This document shows positions 24,966-40,018 of a stretch of DNA of 64,000 bases, piece after piece. Source of the DNA: Lingula anatina. Taxonomy: Eukaryota; Animalia; Brachiopoda. The translations under genes were made by a program, and so were the position numbers. The notes below the pieces were generated by a model, which did not search any database, had not been told where the DNA came from, and was given only the letters and a program-made list of their open reading frames with translations. Numbering within the stretch: position 1 is the first letter of the stretch; each line of letters opens with the position of its first letter. Where the stretch lies: the NCBI GenBank assembly GCA_051362555.1, contig CM120646.1, forward strand, positions 16,926,001 through 16,990,000, written 5' to 3'.

Positions 24966-27521
24966 ATTCTTTCCTCCCAGGATCCGATTAGTAATGATGA
25001 ATGGAAGCATCAATCAAATTCAACAGATTTTCATTGCCACTGAGAATATTCACTATTGATCTCCATTCTAGATCTCTTTGAACCATCTTACAGCAAGGAA
25101 ATCTAATTCACTTCTAAGGCATCAAATCACATCAGGATAATTTTCTAGAGCTATTCTTATGCAGCCTTATGCCTAAAGAAAGCAATTCCTGGCTTATGCT
25201 TTTTGTATATTACTTTATTCCAGATTCTTGCAACTGGTATTTTTCTTACAAATCTTCAGGGTTCAAGCAAAATAGGTGACTGCTCATATTTATTGCTTTT
25301 TAATTTTTTTCCCCTACCATTTTGAACTCCAGGCTGAAACGCCCATTTTGCTCTTGCCCAAGAGCACCTGAGCATTGTACGAATACAGTGTCATACAATG
25401 TAATACTGCAGAAAACAATTACGCCTTCTTTGTATCTCCCACTTAAATTCTGATTGCATATCCTGAAGGATTACTGTAAGGTAATACCACAAAAATCCTT
25501 GTTATTGTCCTTATTATGGCTATTATCATCATCATATCCTCTTCGGTACACGTCTAATTGAATCCTGTGGTGTCGCTATTACCTCACCATATTTCCTGCT
25601 ACTTTCTTGATAATTTTCACTTGTTACAAGTAATCTCTTTATTATTAAACAACTTTAAACTTACTGACTGTTCTTATGATGATTATACTGCACATGAATT
25701 TTTTTATTGTTACCCTCAAAATGATCAAAGCCTGCAATCACATCTATTGATCGGGAATGAACAGTGATAAACAACCTATAGAAACTGTTGTTCCAGTATC
25801 AGTATCTATTCAATGACAAATCTGTATACAATGCCTAATATTCCCAGATCTACAAGCTAGCCATTTTTTAGTGTGTGTGTGCGTGTGTGTGTGTGTATGG
25901 GTGGGTGGGGGGGTGCTCTGAAAAAGTGGTCCTTTTTTTTCTGTTAAACGTTGTATTTTTATTTTGAATCAATTCCGATTCAGAGAATACCTTTTGCTAG
26001 CCAAAAGGACTGTTCATTCCACCCCCCACCCCCCCCACACACACACCAACACCTACTGGATTGAAAATAAACTTGCTTGTATATACTTGTTAGGCAAACT
26101 GTCTAAGAAACAAGATTATATTTTACCGAATGAAAATCAATTCTGATCCAGCAAATTAAATGTAAATGTACCTATTTCTGAACAAACCGTAGCAAATAGC
26201 GTGTTTTATACCATGACCAATTTTACCCAAAAATAAAGTGATCTGCATATCAATAATGTTAAGATCATATCAAACTGGCCTGACGTAGACGGTAAACAAC
26301 ATCCTATATGGTGACTCACGTCTGTATTATGGTGGCTTCTTTATGTCCCAAATCAGGTGATAAAAGGAAAGAGAAAACTTTGAATTCCTTTCATTCTTCT
26401 GAATTTTCCCCATCAAATATGCAACTACCTACTCAGAATTATGAAAAAGGAAAAATAAATGTTTGATTCGTATTTTCTGCATTAAGTATTTTTTCAATCA
26501 AATGTCACTTACGACAGAGAACAAGGAAGGAAGAGAAACCATGACAATACAGTATACATATATCATGAACTTCTTTTGCAAGGTTGCCAGCCAGTATGTT
26601 CATTATGTTTTTTCTCCAGTAATTAAATTAGCTTGGTGTTATTGCTGGTGTCTTTAGATAACTTTAGCGACAATTTTGAACCTACAACTTTGTTGTAAGT
26701 GAAATGTTTTGCTCTCATATTAGCTTTTTAGAAAATTAAATAAAAAGAATATCTATAAGAAAATGTTTGTGAGGTGAAGGATTTCCAGTGTATATGGAAT
26801 CATATAACCTTTGTCATTTGTTCTCCAGCTTACATTATCCAGCAAGATCTGAATGTTATCGAAATTACTTAACTCTTGAAAAATAATGTATCTGACCATG
26901 CACCCACATAATGTCTACCTCACAAAATTTTTCAATAACAATCAAAAGTTTCATCTATCACACCACAAGGATACCTATTGATTTTTAATAAAAAGCACTA
27001 TTTCTAAAACACTATCTCATCTTCAGGCATGCCATCATGGTTAACAGTTTTCCCATGGGAAAAATAATGCACTTTTTTAATTCTGCACATCATCATACCC
27101 AGTCACACAACAATCATTCAACATAACAGGTACATAAGGACATAATTGTTGCAGGGAAATGTCTGGGTCCTATACGGTCTACTGAATACTGCATCCTTGA
27201 AACAAGTGATGAATTTATATACTGCTTACCTAGATTCCATTGTATTTTCAAATTGGTTTTGTGTAAAGGATTTCCTTTAATCCATGATGAAATTTCCATT
27301 ATTATAAAACAGCATTAAAAATTAATATTATCTAGAGCTCATAATAAACATTTCAAATGTTATTTGGCAAGAACTCAGAGCACCTAAAGGCGCCTCAACT
27401 CCTCTGATCATCACAACCATTTTCTTCTCCGTGTTGTCTTCACAAAAGACTATTCAAAACTGACAAACTTTTTGCCATCAGGCTGAAAACAATTAAAATT
27501 CATATCACAGAAGATACTCAC

Positions 27522-27569
27522 TTATCAAAGTTCTTTGCTGTGCCCTACAAGTAGCAATGCTCTCCACAC
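27522..27569 (-). other. Candidate 48-nt exon upstream of the RING exon (5'UTR or N-terminal extension)
   Basis: Acceptor aatctctgtag|GT and donor ATAA|gtgagt. Open in the phase-1 frame that continues into exon 24047 (GVESIATCRAQQRTLI|NARSLSSIRIM). Confidence 0.5.
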
Positions 27570-29399
27570 CTACAGAGATTGTATTTTTCAAGAAAAAAAT
27601 GTCTGGTTAAATTCTTTACAGCTGAACTCTTCAAAATTTCAGAGTTGTTCTTGAACAGGAGCAAGGGTTGTGCCTGTGATATATTACGGATAAGGTTACT
27701 TTCAATTTCTTAAAATTTTCCACACATTTTATCCATTAAAGTTGAATTCCTAACAATTGTGAGTAAAATGAATCAGTATGGCACAATGGCATAAAAAAGT
27801 CAAATAGTTCCTTTGTAGAAATATTAATTTAGGTAACTCTGGCATTTGCAGGCAAGATAAGTAGAATATTGATAGCAATTTTCATTCCTTCTGACATCAA
27901 CTTTGCTCTGAATCAAATATCTATACAGGGATTAACAAAACATAAAATATAACCAAAATGCTGTTAAGTCCAAAATTTGAGAGGACACTTTCAGTTCAAC
28001 TGTCATGGGCCAGTTAATCTCTACATCTGTGTCTGTTTCTAAATAATGTTTCTTTAAAACATAATAATTAATTATTGTTATGCATAAAATATGGATTTTG
28101 AAATGATGTACATTATATATAAATGATCTGATAATGCTGCGTTCAGAAAATGCAAGTTAAACTGAAAATATGTGCTGCAGTTATTGGTGTGTGTGTGTGC
28201 ATGCATTTGTGTGTGCCCGAACATGGGTATATATGAATACACACAAGCACATTATGTTAACTAGATGGCTTAATTATCTAATATAAGCATTATGTAGGAA
28301 TAAATATTCAGCACTCAATTATGAATGCACTAAGATCATGCCAGAAGGCTCCGTGTTGACATACACTACAGTAACCTGAAGGAAATAGAGTCCGAGACAA
28401 CCACGTTGTAATCTATATAAAACAAGGTCTCTGCACAACTTCTTCTCATGTAAATTAATAGACACTTCAAGGCTTTTTCTACCTGCAACCTTTTTTGGCT
28501 CTTAAAAAACCCTGCTTCACAAATTTTACATATTATAATTTATCTTAAGTTTGCATTTTTTTTTACAGGTTATAAAAATTACTTGAAATTTGTCACTATC
28601 CCAAGACAACAGACAATGAAACCATTTACACTGACAACTACTTTTACTAAATACTTTGATAAACTGAAGTAAAGAATCTATTGCTCACTTTCTGATATCT
28701 ACCAAAATAATCAACAGGTTAAGCAGGGTCTCCCATAGATGGCTATGATCTTATTTCTGCTGTATTAGGAAAAATCATATCATCCATCTAAAACAGACAA
28801 GGAAACTAGATATGATAATGATTCTCCTAACAATTCACACACAAAAAAATTCAAAACAGATTTCAAATGATATATATCTTTAACTGAATAAAGTAGGATG
28901 AGTCATTTTAACTGGGAATGTGCTTTAGAATCAGAAATTTACGTGATCCTTTAATTTGTTGAGTTGTATGGCTTGAAAAACCCTAAAATTAATTTCATTC
29001 TGAGCTTTGTTCAGCTTTTTGATGTCATAGTAAAGATAATCTCACACTTTACACTCTTCACTGCACAATAAGCAAAACTTTTCGGCATTGTGGCAGAACG
29101 GTAATGTAAAAGACATCCTTCTTAAATTCATCACATAATGATCTAATTATGGGAATATGGGAACTGCATACTGAAAGGATATATATTTTTTACCTATGTT
29201 TTCAGCCTAAGAGACAACATACAAGCAAGGTTATCTTAAATTCTTAACAGCTGGTTGATAATGTAAATGTTTGCTTGTCCTGATGAGTAATTTCAATACG
29301 TACTAACTGAGATTCAAACAGTCTATTTCACCCTATAGTTCTAAATTTCTCTTTCTCCCTACAGTGCATCCTAGTCTCTCTCTCTCTCTCTCTAGCATA

Positions 29400-31450
29400 T
29401 CCACCAGCATACTTATCAACAGAAATACACATACCATACCATCTAATGTACATTGTACTTTTGTCCACTTTTATGGCTCACCTGGTCTCAGCAGATTTGA
29501 CCTCTCAAAAAATGAAGCGTATCTGTTTGTGAATATCATTCTGTTCTATGGAATTTATCCCAAGTCTTTGTACTGTATTCTCCGGTGTAAGTAAGGCTGT
29601 ACTTAGGGTAAGACGTTCCAGTATTTCCTAAGCTGTCATAATCCTGATCCTAGTCATTTTTCCTCAATTGTAAGCCATCATCCATGACAAGCAATGACAA
29701 TCATCAAAATGTTTCACTTCTGATCCATAATTACCATCAAGATTCTGTGGAGGTCTTTGAGTCTTCTGTAAACTTAATGTGCCCCAGTGTCTCCTCAATC
29801 ATGTCACTGTACCGGTTACAGGTGTTAAGACGTCTCTTAAAGGAATACCCTTATGACTCCGGCTTCTATGCTTAATATAATATGTCACCTTCAGTAACAT
29901 ACATGACCCTTTAAACCTGTGGAGTTGACCTTAGGATCTAAGCCAACAATCTCTCTGTCTATTAACTTTTCCACCTTCTTCCAGAAAGAACTAACGAGTT
30001 ATTTTCCAGTGAATTTAATCGAGTCCTGTCTGTCAATTGCAGTGACCTATGAAACAATGTGGATATCCAAACTGTTGCTGTGGCTGGATCCTAGTGTCCG
30101 TCTTGTCCAGTGAGCTCAGATGACCCCAAGCTGGGCATTCATCCCAGTTTTTGAGAGGTGACCGACAGACTTCTGCCTCATGCAAAGAGAGACAACACAA
30201 AAAAATCAAGCTGAAAATTCCAATGTTCTTTAGCATTGAATTATGTGACTATCCAGTCTTGACTTGACCTTGATGCCGATGTGATCCAAAAATTTCAGTT
30301 TATATCAGGTGGGATGAAATCTGGATCTTATTCCACATAAAACATCAGTAAGTTGTCATCAGGAGAAAGAATACCCAATGTGTTCCGTAGTTGATTTCCA
30401 AAGGTCCTATATTCCAGCTGATTTGACTGTATCTAGCACAGGTGGCAGGCTATCTATAGAATGATGACACACAATTTCGGTTTTCATTTACAGGTGACTT
30501 TACTGACTGTTCAGTTGACCTGTAGATCTTACTTTATCTTACCCGTTTTTTTAAAATGACACAAAAGTCTAGTTTCTGAATGAACTTCCGTCTACAGGTA
30601 AGAGAAGGCATGAAGTCCTGTCCCAACTTTTAACTGTACCTGGGTTAGTGACACCTGCCATCCGCAGGTATTTCCTGTCAATGTGATGAAAAGACCTTGA
30701 AACTTCTCCCTCAGTGAAGCTCAGATAATCTATGGCTGTTATGAGGCTGGGGACCATATCTTAATGACAACCACAATAATTCCTTACAGAGCAATGAATG
30801 GTTACCTGTTATTATCAAATTTAGTAGACAAAAATCTCAATCTTTTGGACAGTCAATTGGCTGTTTGCACGTTGTATACAAGTCTGTGTCCTCCTCATAC
30901 TTTTTCCTATTCTTAGGGCACGGAGTGATAGGCATCTCTCGATCAACAATCTCAACCTTAAGTCTTGTCAACAATCCACGACCATAGGGATTTGTCAACC
31001 AACATTTATAACATGGCTTTCCTTGAGAAATAAAACACACAAATTTGCTTTTTCTCTTTTCCAGTCTCCAGCGCAAATAACATTAATCCCGAACTGTCAG
31101 ATTCTCAAGAAGTCACCTACTTAAGCTCTGCCCTCCAGTAATGTTATCTGGTTCAAATACTCCACAGAGTTCAGTCCATGTTCGCTTTTCACGCAGTTCT
31201 CTGGGCAAACTGAGAGAATGATTCAGTGGTCCTACTTTACCTTTGCACGGTCCTTTCTACAGCCTCGCTGTGGTTTAAAGTTTACTATGTATTTTCACTT
31301 TTCATGCCCCCTTGCCCTTGATCCTTGACTCAATGAGGACTGAGAGCAGTTAATAAAACCTGGCAGGCTGTCAATTAAGTTTGTGATATTTTTTTGCGAT
31401 ACCCTCTGTATCTAAGTCCATGCAACTGAGCCATACATGATTGACAGTCT
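29400..31450. mobile_element. Probable ancient, degraded transposable-element coding remnant, family unassigned
   Basis: About 2 kb with higher GC and fewer homopolymers than the flanks, and a cluster of short broken ORFs. No domain could be identified with confidence. Confidence 0.3.
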
Positions 31451-34400
31451 ATATAATCCAGCCTAGAAGCCCATCAAATAGTTGACAATATATTTTCTTC
31501 TCTCACTCCACCTTTAGTGTGAGTGAACCATGACTTGACATTAAGAAAGGCAGTCTATAATAAACTGTCTGGTAGAAAAAAAGATATTCACTTTCAATAC
31601 AGCTCTCAAATGCTTGCATGGAAAAAGAAAACCCCAGAAGACTGACTGATGCAGAAACTAGTCCTTAAAAGAGTGTTAATTATTTAACAATATATTTTCA
31701 TTTCCATCAACTGACAGTTGACAGGGCCATAAATATCCTAACAATAAACAGTCTTCACCTGAAGCATACCTGTGGTTCAGAAACTATGGTGTCTTTGACC
31801 ATAAAATACTAAATATATAGATGTCGGTACTCTTTAATAACTTTATACCCCTTCTTGGATTTTACAACATCTTAATTTATTGTAAAATTTGTAATGACTT
31901 CATTCAAGACATTGACAATGAAGAGCTTACTCTAAATGATTCTTGTGTTCTCCATTCTGATTTCAAATTCTATAAACTATAAATAATATTGTTTCATTCA
32001 GTAGCCATCTGGCATTATCAGTATGAGGAAAAATGTTGTGTCATTTTGTTACATGTGAGTGTACACATCATGTTAACAAAGGAAAGTAAAATATGTATTC
32101 ATCAACTTTCTTTTATCTCCTTTAACCTGACTAGTATGCCAGTAAATTAACAATTATTATAAATCAAAAAAAAAAAAAAAAAAAAAACTCCAATTAATTA
32201 AGGAAAATAAAACAACAATGAAATGAGTGCAAGTTTTACTATGTAATAATCATTGTCTGAATCACTGTTATAAAAGCTTGACATGCACATTTTATCTAAG
32301 ATAATCAAAGCATGTACCTGGGGCCCTGGCATTCCTCACTTTATAACCTGAACAGTAGGGGATTGTGAGGGGAATAAAAACTCAATCTATTCTCAGCAGT
32401 TAAAAAGAAATTTGTGGCATGCAGCTATTCACAAGGCATGACAATACTGCAAATGCCACGTCCAAAATTACAGCCATTTTTTTAATTCAAAAAAAAAGTC
32501 AATGATGTATTCTTTGGAAAAGCAATTCTTAGGCCTGGTTGAGTTCGAGACAAATTTTCTGATAAGAACATTAACTAAAAGCAAGATATGTCAACAAAAA
32601 TAACATTTTCAAAATGTTTTTTTCATAATGTTAACTATCGAGTTATGTTTTACCTTACTTCTTTTACTCATGTTTTATGATAAAAAAACATTTTCATGAT
32701 ATAGGGAGAAACATCGATAACTAAAGAATAAACCAATTAAAGCTAAAGTCACATCAAGACAAAAGTCAATACTTACAAGTTACAAACAAATGGGACCAAT
32801 TTTTTACATAACCCATGGACCAGTGATGATGTAAACATTTGGGTGGTTTGGGGCAATGCAGTGATCAGGCAATTACTCACATATTTAATGTGGTATGGGT
32901 TTTGTAGTCTGCTCTATGACAGAACTTTTGACCAAAGGGTGGACTTAACCTATAGAGAACAGAAAAAGATACAAAACATCCTTCTCACATCTCCTGTCAC
33001 GAGATGATGTTATACCATGCTCCTCTTTATGATGTTTCATCTTTGATATATATGTTATGTCAAAATACTTTCATTCTAAATATTCACAGAGTGAATGGTA
33101 CAATGTACCTTGAAATTAAAGAAAATGTAGTTCATTCCTGCTGATTGCAAAAATTATCTTTTTTAAAATCATTTAAAAATAGCAAACCTTAGGTTACTGA
33201 AGAGCTGAGGTGCTAATAACGCTCCAGAAAATTAAGCATCCTAAAGACATTCTCCACATTACAACACATCTCTCAATACAATCTGTTCATAAGTGTATAT
33301 TTTGCAGTCACAGTTTTCAAATTGTGCTCCTTGATATACCTCTTATATTAGTATTCTACCTACCTCTCTACACAGACACAGAAACTATGATAGGATTCCT
33401 TTGAAGCTTTCGAAGTGTCCAAACCTCTACCTGCAGAGAGTACTTAATGGTGCCTCAGTCTGACTGCCCAGTTACTGGACACGGGTAGTCATTAATGCAC
33501 TTCATCTCACTAATAATTGGTGTGAAGGGACAGTAATTACTTAATACAGGTATGGCCAGGTATTCAGTTGAAGTGTCTGCAGCAATATGAGGTACACTGT
33601 AATTATCTAAGTACTGTAGAGATGTACTTATTGCCACATGGCTTCTGTGTTAGTCAATAAACTGAATATTTCTTTTTTTTTTTTCTTAAGTTTGTCCTTT
33701 TTTATTTTCTATTTTTTAATCTTTTTTGAATGATAACTTTTTAATACAAAGCCTTTTAAAAATCAATAAATATAAAACCCCTCTTAGTTTTCTTTGACTA
33801 AATTGATACTTTTTGTAATAGGTGTTGCTGTACAGTCAACGTACAGAGCTCATAAAAGATGGGTTTAAAAAAATCCCAGGACTAACAAACGAGACGATTT
33901 TGGTGACCATACATTTCACATACAAAATATTTTGAATATATGAAAAACCCTGCGAATTTTAAATGGGTAGATTTGGAGAAAACCTGTATTTCAATGGCAA
34001 GATGCTAAGACATGTAGCCTTCCAGGTAAATACTTAAGAATGTTACATAAACACGTCATGGTATTATAGGTCTGATCCTTAAACATAGGAATAAACTGAA
34101 TGTGTACTATAAGTTTTGGCATAGGGAGATTTATTGTGTTATTTACTCACTTATTTCTAACAGCATTGCTCCATGAATCGTAAGGTTTGTCTTTTAGTAA
34201 AACAGATGTTCCAAATTGTAATAAATCATATTTACTAAACAACTGTGTTGATATGTCTGCTCTCCTTTCAAAATATAATTCAAAAATCAATTGTAGAACA
34301 TAACAAAGAGGTATAAATCAAGTGAACACAAGTCTTCATTTTTAGCCAGATAAGCTCCACCCCGAGGAAGTGTTACTCATGAATGTAAAAATACATCACT

Positions 34401-37400
34401 GGCTTGTAATAAGTGTTTATTTAACTGAAATTTTATCAACCTGAATTGTTTTTTGAAAGTGAAGCACTTGAATTTAAACAAATTTTCTGCGATGGAGGAT
34501 CCACCCGGAATTTACATGGGTGGATAAGGACAAGTTTCTACTTTTCTCTCCCTCTCTCCTCCCCCCCCCCTTCCCCTTTTCTAAAGAAAATAAATTAACT
34601 GTCATTAAAAGGACAAAACCTGAATAATGTCCATACTTCCTACTGGTTTGCATAGAATTTCAATATCCAAATCATCGGCACATCCTCTTTTCCATGTCCA
34701 AATCTACTAGGTTGAAAACCAAAAATTTAATATTGTTCCTCTATAAGTCTTTTGCATGCCAACACAGATTTGCTAGATTACCCGTAGTTTTAATCAACAG
34801 TTCTTTTATAACCAAGTACTGATGTAAGTTACATCAATCTTACAACACTTAATATCATTGAAATTATATTTTACAGCCATTTTGTGCTCACATACTTCAG
34901 TTGTATCAAAATAACCCATGTAATATTGTATGATAACTGACATTTCTGACTCGAGCCCTAAACTGACCCAGACATCTCAAGTACTTCCTCTACGTGATCA
35001 CTTCAAGAAATTTTCACATCAAAATAAACCATTCTTCTCCAGATATCTGCTGCATCACTTCATCTGCTATAATTTCATTATCCAGCACAAGTAAAATAAT
35101 ACCTCCCCCCTTCAAAAATTCCCTCTTGTGAATCTTCACTTTTTTATTCAATCTTATTGATTTTTTTAATTAACAAAAGCTTTCAGCTAAACAAAGAGTC
35201 TATTTAATCACTCTAATCCTATTAATAAGTCATTCATCAAATTTTCTAACTATGTGGATGGAAATCCTAAACATAAACAATCGTACATCTTCATCAATAA
35301 TAGGTAAGAGTCAAGTTAATGGATTCCTGTCCTTAAGAGGTTGTCTATACAGACAACCAAGCTCAACATTGTCTAATTTTTTTTGGTTCATTTGTATCTA
35401 AATTAAACATCAAAGAGAATGAAAAATCTTAAATGGACATTAATAATTAATGAAATTTCCTTTACTAGCACTTTTTACATCTATATTTGGAACCCTGATA
35501 CATTTCATGAAACAGAGCTGCAAGAAATTTTTCATGTAGGATTTTTTCTTGACATAAAAACAGTTGACCAGTTTAGCCATTTCTCAGAATTACCCACATA
35601 GATATCATGGAAACTGACCACAGACTGACCACAGAGTTACCCATAAACTGACCGATAAAAGGCTGTACTGAGTGGTCAGTGGTCAGCAGCATGGTGACGC
35701 TCTAGGTTCTCCACTGTGACTTCTCCTTTTTAAAATAAAACGGAATACAAGTATGCATGTACGCACGCACGCATGCAGACACACACACACATGCATATAC
35801 ACCCAATTAAACAACAGGAATTTTGAAAAATACACCTATCACAAATAGAAAAAAGCTCTAGAATACAAAATTATTATTTCTGATAGTTCCTAATAACAAG
35901 TCAATGTAGAGGCTTCTGCATCTATTCAATTATAACACTAATGATAAATGCTGGGCCCCTGTATCTGAAATATATATTTTCCTTTCAATGCAGAATTGAT
36001 CACCCAGTCTGAGCCCAAACTGCTGGCTAAAAGTGTATATCTGACAAACCATCATCTTACTATGTTCTTGAAAAACTACCACTCTAGTATAACATACATT
36101 CCCCATGTACTATGCCATCACAATTTTTTGGGCAATGATAAAAACAGTAACATCTCTCTCATCCTTAATGAACTATGCTTTATAAGGGTATACACAAAAC
36201 AGCATTATTTCGCTCACCATTATTTATCACGGATTCTTGAAAACGCTATGACATAAAAATTTCATGATCTCTAATGAATTACTATCTGCATTCTTGCAAT
36301 ACTGAAAACTGAAATGCAGCATTAGTCTTGCTGGTTTAGATAAGCATAACATGCAAGGATTAGCCAAGAGCTACAGTAGTGACATTCAACTGTACCAATC
36401 CTTTTCATTTTCCATTACTTTTCATTCATTCACACACAAAAAAACTTGATAACTATGCTTCTGGCAACCATGCCTGCTAGATTTTCCATGAATTTTGATG
36501 GATTTCCTACCTGCATTCCAGTCTTTTGTCTAACTGCCAAGCAGCTGGTTGGACAACAAAGCACTCAGCAAAATAAACCAAGATTCACGAACTAGAGAGC
36601 AAAGAAATTCTTCCTATCTATACAACATAAATCTCGTCCACATTGAGCCACCTCTTCAGCCAGTCAGTAATGCTAATAGGTCATCTCCAGACTTAGAAAT
36701 CCAGATTAATCTGTCTGCCGCACCACACTGGGTTTTATCCCTGATCCGTATTGATGTTGCTGAAAATTCCTAGAAGTCGGTTCCAGCACTAGGATAGATT
36801 CCCAAATAATATCAATCATAAAGGCTGCAGAGCTTATGTTTTTACCCCCTCTATTAGATTATTGTAATGATAATGGAGGCATTTTTGCAGACATGATGAA
36901 ATAGGTGCCTGCTGTCTTCTCTGTGCAATGAAGTTATCAATCAAGTAAAAATTTCCAAAGCTAAAAAACCACCACTTGCTAAAATATATATTTATAATTT
37001 TTTTCAATTTGAAAAAATAAAATTGCTATATCAAGACTTCTATTTTAAGAGAAAAGAATAAGCCCACACACATTAACAGAATAAGCAAAACTCAAATCTG
37101 AAACTCACAACCAGAAAAGTAATTCATCACAGCCAGACAAGATATGATATCATATTCCCTCACTAATTACTTGATTGCATCACGGAACTTCATTATGTCA
37201 ACAGATGATGGATGGTTGGGTAATCTGAGATAATAACCAGACAGATAGGTATAATGTGAAGCACTAGCACAACATTAAGGAGGTTATGTTACAGATAGAC
37301 ACATGTCTGAGGGTTAAATAGACATTTTCCCTCTGAAATCAAGATGGGCTTGCCAATCCTTCACCCCCCCCCCCCCAATTTATTAATTTTTTACAGTTCT

Positions 37401-39935
37401 GATAGATAAAATAATTTAGTTGCTGATAAGCAAGTATTTTCTCAATATTATGAAAACTTACCACTGAGAAAAAATTCTGTGTTCAAAGTACATTTGTTTC
37501 TTAAAGAAATGTGATGAAATTCATCCCTTTTTCAACTTATCAACATCACATCACTTTCACACATTCTGATAAAAAGCCAGAAAACTGATATCAGATAAAA
37601 TGTACACCTGTAGTCAAGAATGAAATCAAAATGGAACCCTGCTGTTATTTACTAAGATGTGTTAAGTGGGGAAAAAAACTAAATGTTGAGAATACATCCG
37701 TTATGTGAAATATGCTGGTTAATTTATCAGAAGCAAAGAACCTTGGGAACAAATTGCCTGGTGATGAATTTGTACTGCAGCAACTGGAATACAAGTATGT
37801 TGTCTACAAAGTACCTGAAGTTCCTGTCACTTTCTTTATAACTTTTATAGTAAACAAATGCAATTAATTCCTTTCAGCTGTTGACTGCATATTCTATATA
37901 GCCCAATTTCTATAGTATTCTAGACGTAGTCCCAGTACTGTACAAAGCAACATGAATGCAGCCATTATCATTTGATTTTAGAGACATCACCAGAAGTATG
38001 CAAATAACACAGGACATCTATAGGCTGATCAATTAGGTTCCATCTTAAAAAGACAGATCATTAAATATTCAATTCCTTTCACCTTGATATCTCAACCTAT
38101 TACTTACCGCCTCAATCACTAACATAGAGAAGTATGCATCTTTCTCTCTGGGCACTTCTCATCTCATTCAATTGAGAAGTCTACCTGCACAGGGTCTTAA
38201 GACTATCCAATACTTACCGACTTGATTACCATTTGAAAGTGCACGAGAATGTTAACCAGATCGTGCAGCATTCACTGGTCACCATGGAAACAAAGACAAC
38301 ATTATCTGTCTGTGTTAAATTCTCACGCTCAGCTTTAAGGTAAGTAAAAGATGATTAAAAACAAACTTAATGTAGCTAAATATGTATGTAGCATTATATT
38401 CTGTCTAATGCATTAAATTAAATCTAGAGTTTTTTTCCAAAAGCTGAAGATAATTTTCACAAGAATAAATAAAAACAGAAGTATGTCATTTTAGTGATCA
38501 TAATAATCAAACATCAAATGAAAAATGCGAAGTAGCACACACAACTCTATAAAGGTGAAAAACAATGAAACTTCTTTTAGGAGCCAAGAGGACATTATCA
38601 GTCTAAGCCAGGTCTTGCTATTTCCCCATCTCTCAGAAAATAACCCAGGTGTCTTTAGGAATTAGCACATTTAAAAGTTATGTATACCAACATGAGAAAC
38701 GAGGCATTTAAATTATAGAAACCCATCTACTGCAGTTCTTCATTACCTTAACTTGATAATCATCTGAGGAAATTGAATACTGATGCGCATCAGGGTTGGA
38801 CATACAAAGTGAATCACAACTTCTAAATGAAAGACTTTCACATTTACAAATGGCAATAATGTGGTTATCTAATGGCACTGTTTTCCTTCATCAAATAATC
38901 CCATAAAAAAAAAAAAAAAAAAAAAAAAAAACAGATTAAGCCACTTCCTTCTCCTTCCATCCATTGCTAAGTGAGGAGGAACGATTCCAAGTTAAACTAA
39001 AGTAATACATAATATCTAAAATTAGACATTGGAGGTGACAAAAAAAAAGTATTTCCCAAACTCCACCCCTTCTTGAAATCCTTGAATTTCATTGTCCATA
39101 TTCCTAATAGAAGCTCTTGATACAACATCAGAACATTTACATTGTAGATTTAACATCTCAACTAACGCAATCACCCTTCACTATATGACACCATGCAGTG
39201 ATTCACCTTTAGCTTAAAATCCCTCAAATTTCTCTATAAATAAAAATCCTGGCAGTCTGCATGGATCATTAGTTCCTCAGTGATATCTACTAATGGTCAT
39301 CAGACTGTCCACTGGACACAAATACATCACTGTTTAATTATGCAACTGACCATTAGTGGACAATGAACTGCTTTGACAAATGCATATTTACAAGCCTCAT
39401 TGAGTTAAACATTATTTGGCAGTTTCTGTGTTGGAAAATTGGATCATACAGACAGGCACATGAAAATTTAAACAATATTTGATCAATTTCTTTTTTCCTA
39501 CTTCTACCAGCAATAGTAAATATGTGTCCTAAGAACAATTCTCTGTCATGTAACATGTTTAATGTCCTTAAAATGTGAGGATTTTTAGATAGAGCGTATG
39601 ACAAATATATCAACTATGGCTATGCCAATGCAAGGCTCTAATCTTTGGGAAAAAAATTGAATTTAAAAGGCACACCTTGTAGCCTTATCCTTCTCTGCAG
39701 GAAATGAAAAAATAACTAGTTGTACATATCAACCAAAAAAACATCTCTGACATTTTGCCTGCCATGCCCATTAGCATAGAGCAACTACCGACAGCAGGGT
39801 TTGGTTGCATGTTATAGGCAGCATAATGATCAGCATTTAGATGGAAAAACAGACACTGTTTTTTGTAATGATGCAACAAGGAATACGTTGATCTGAGACT
39901 GTATGGGGCACTGTGGCAAAAGGTTGTGTGTATGC

Positions 39936-39937
<2 letters not shown>

Positions 39938-40016
<79 letters not shown>
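39938..40016. repeat. (GA)n microsatellite
   Basis: Direct reading; one AAAAA interruption. Confidence 0.97.

Positions 40017-40018
<2 letters not shown>

Noticed and set aside
24756-25043. 95-aa ORF with three 19-aa repeats
   Set aside because: Produced by the 57-bp minisatellite, lies antisense to the host gene and has no supporting exon chain.
29270-29320. Hammerhead-ribozyme-like CTGATGAG-TA..TA-CG core
   Set aside because: The required GAAA is replaced by GTAC and I found no stem I or III. Similar near-misses at about 5220-5262 and 2240-2320 also fail.
38209-38220. ATACTTACC match to the U1 snRNA 5' end
   Set aside because: Similarity stops after 9 nt. It is simply the complement of a consensus donor site.
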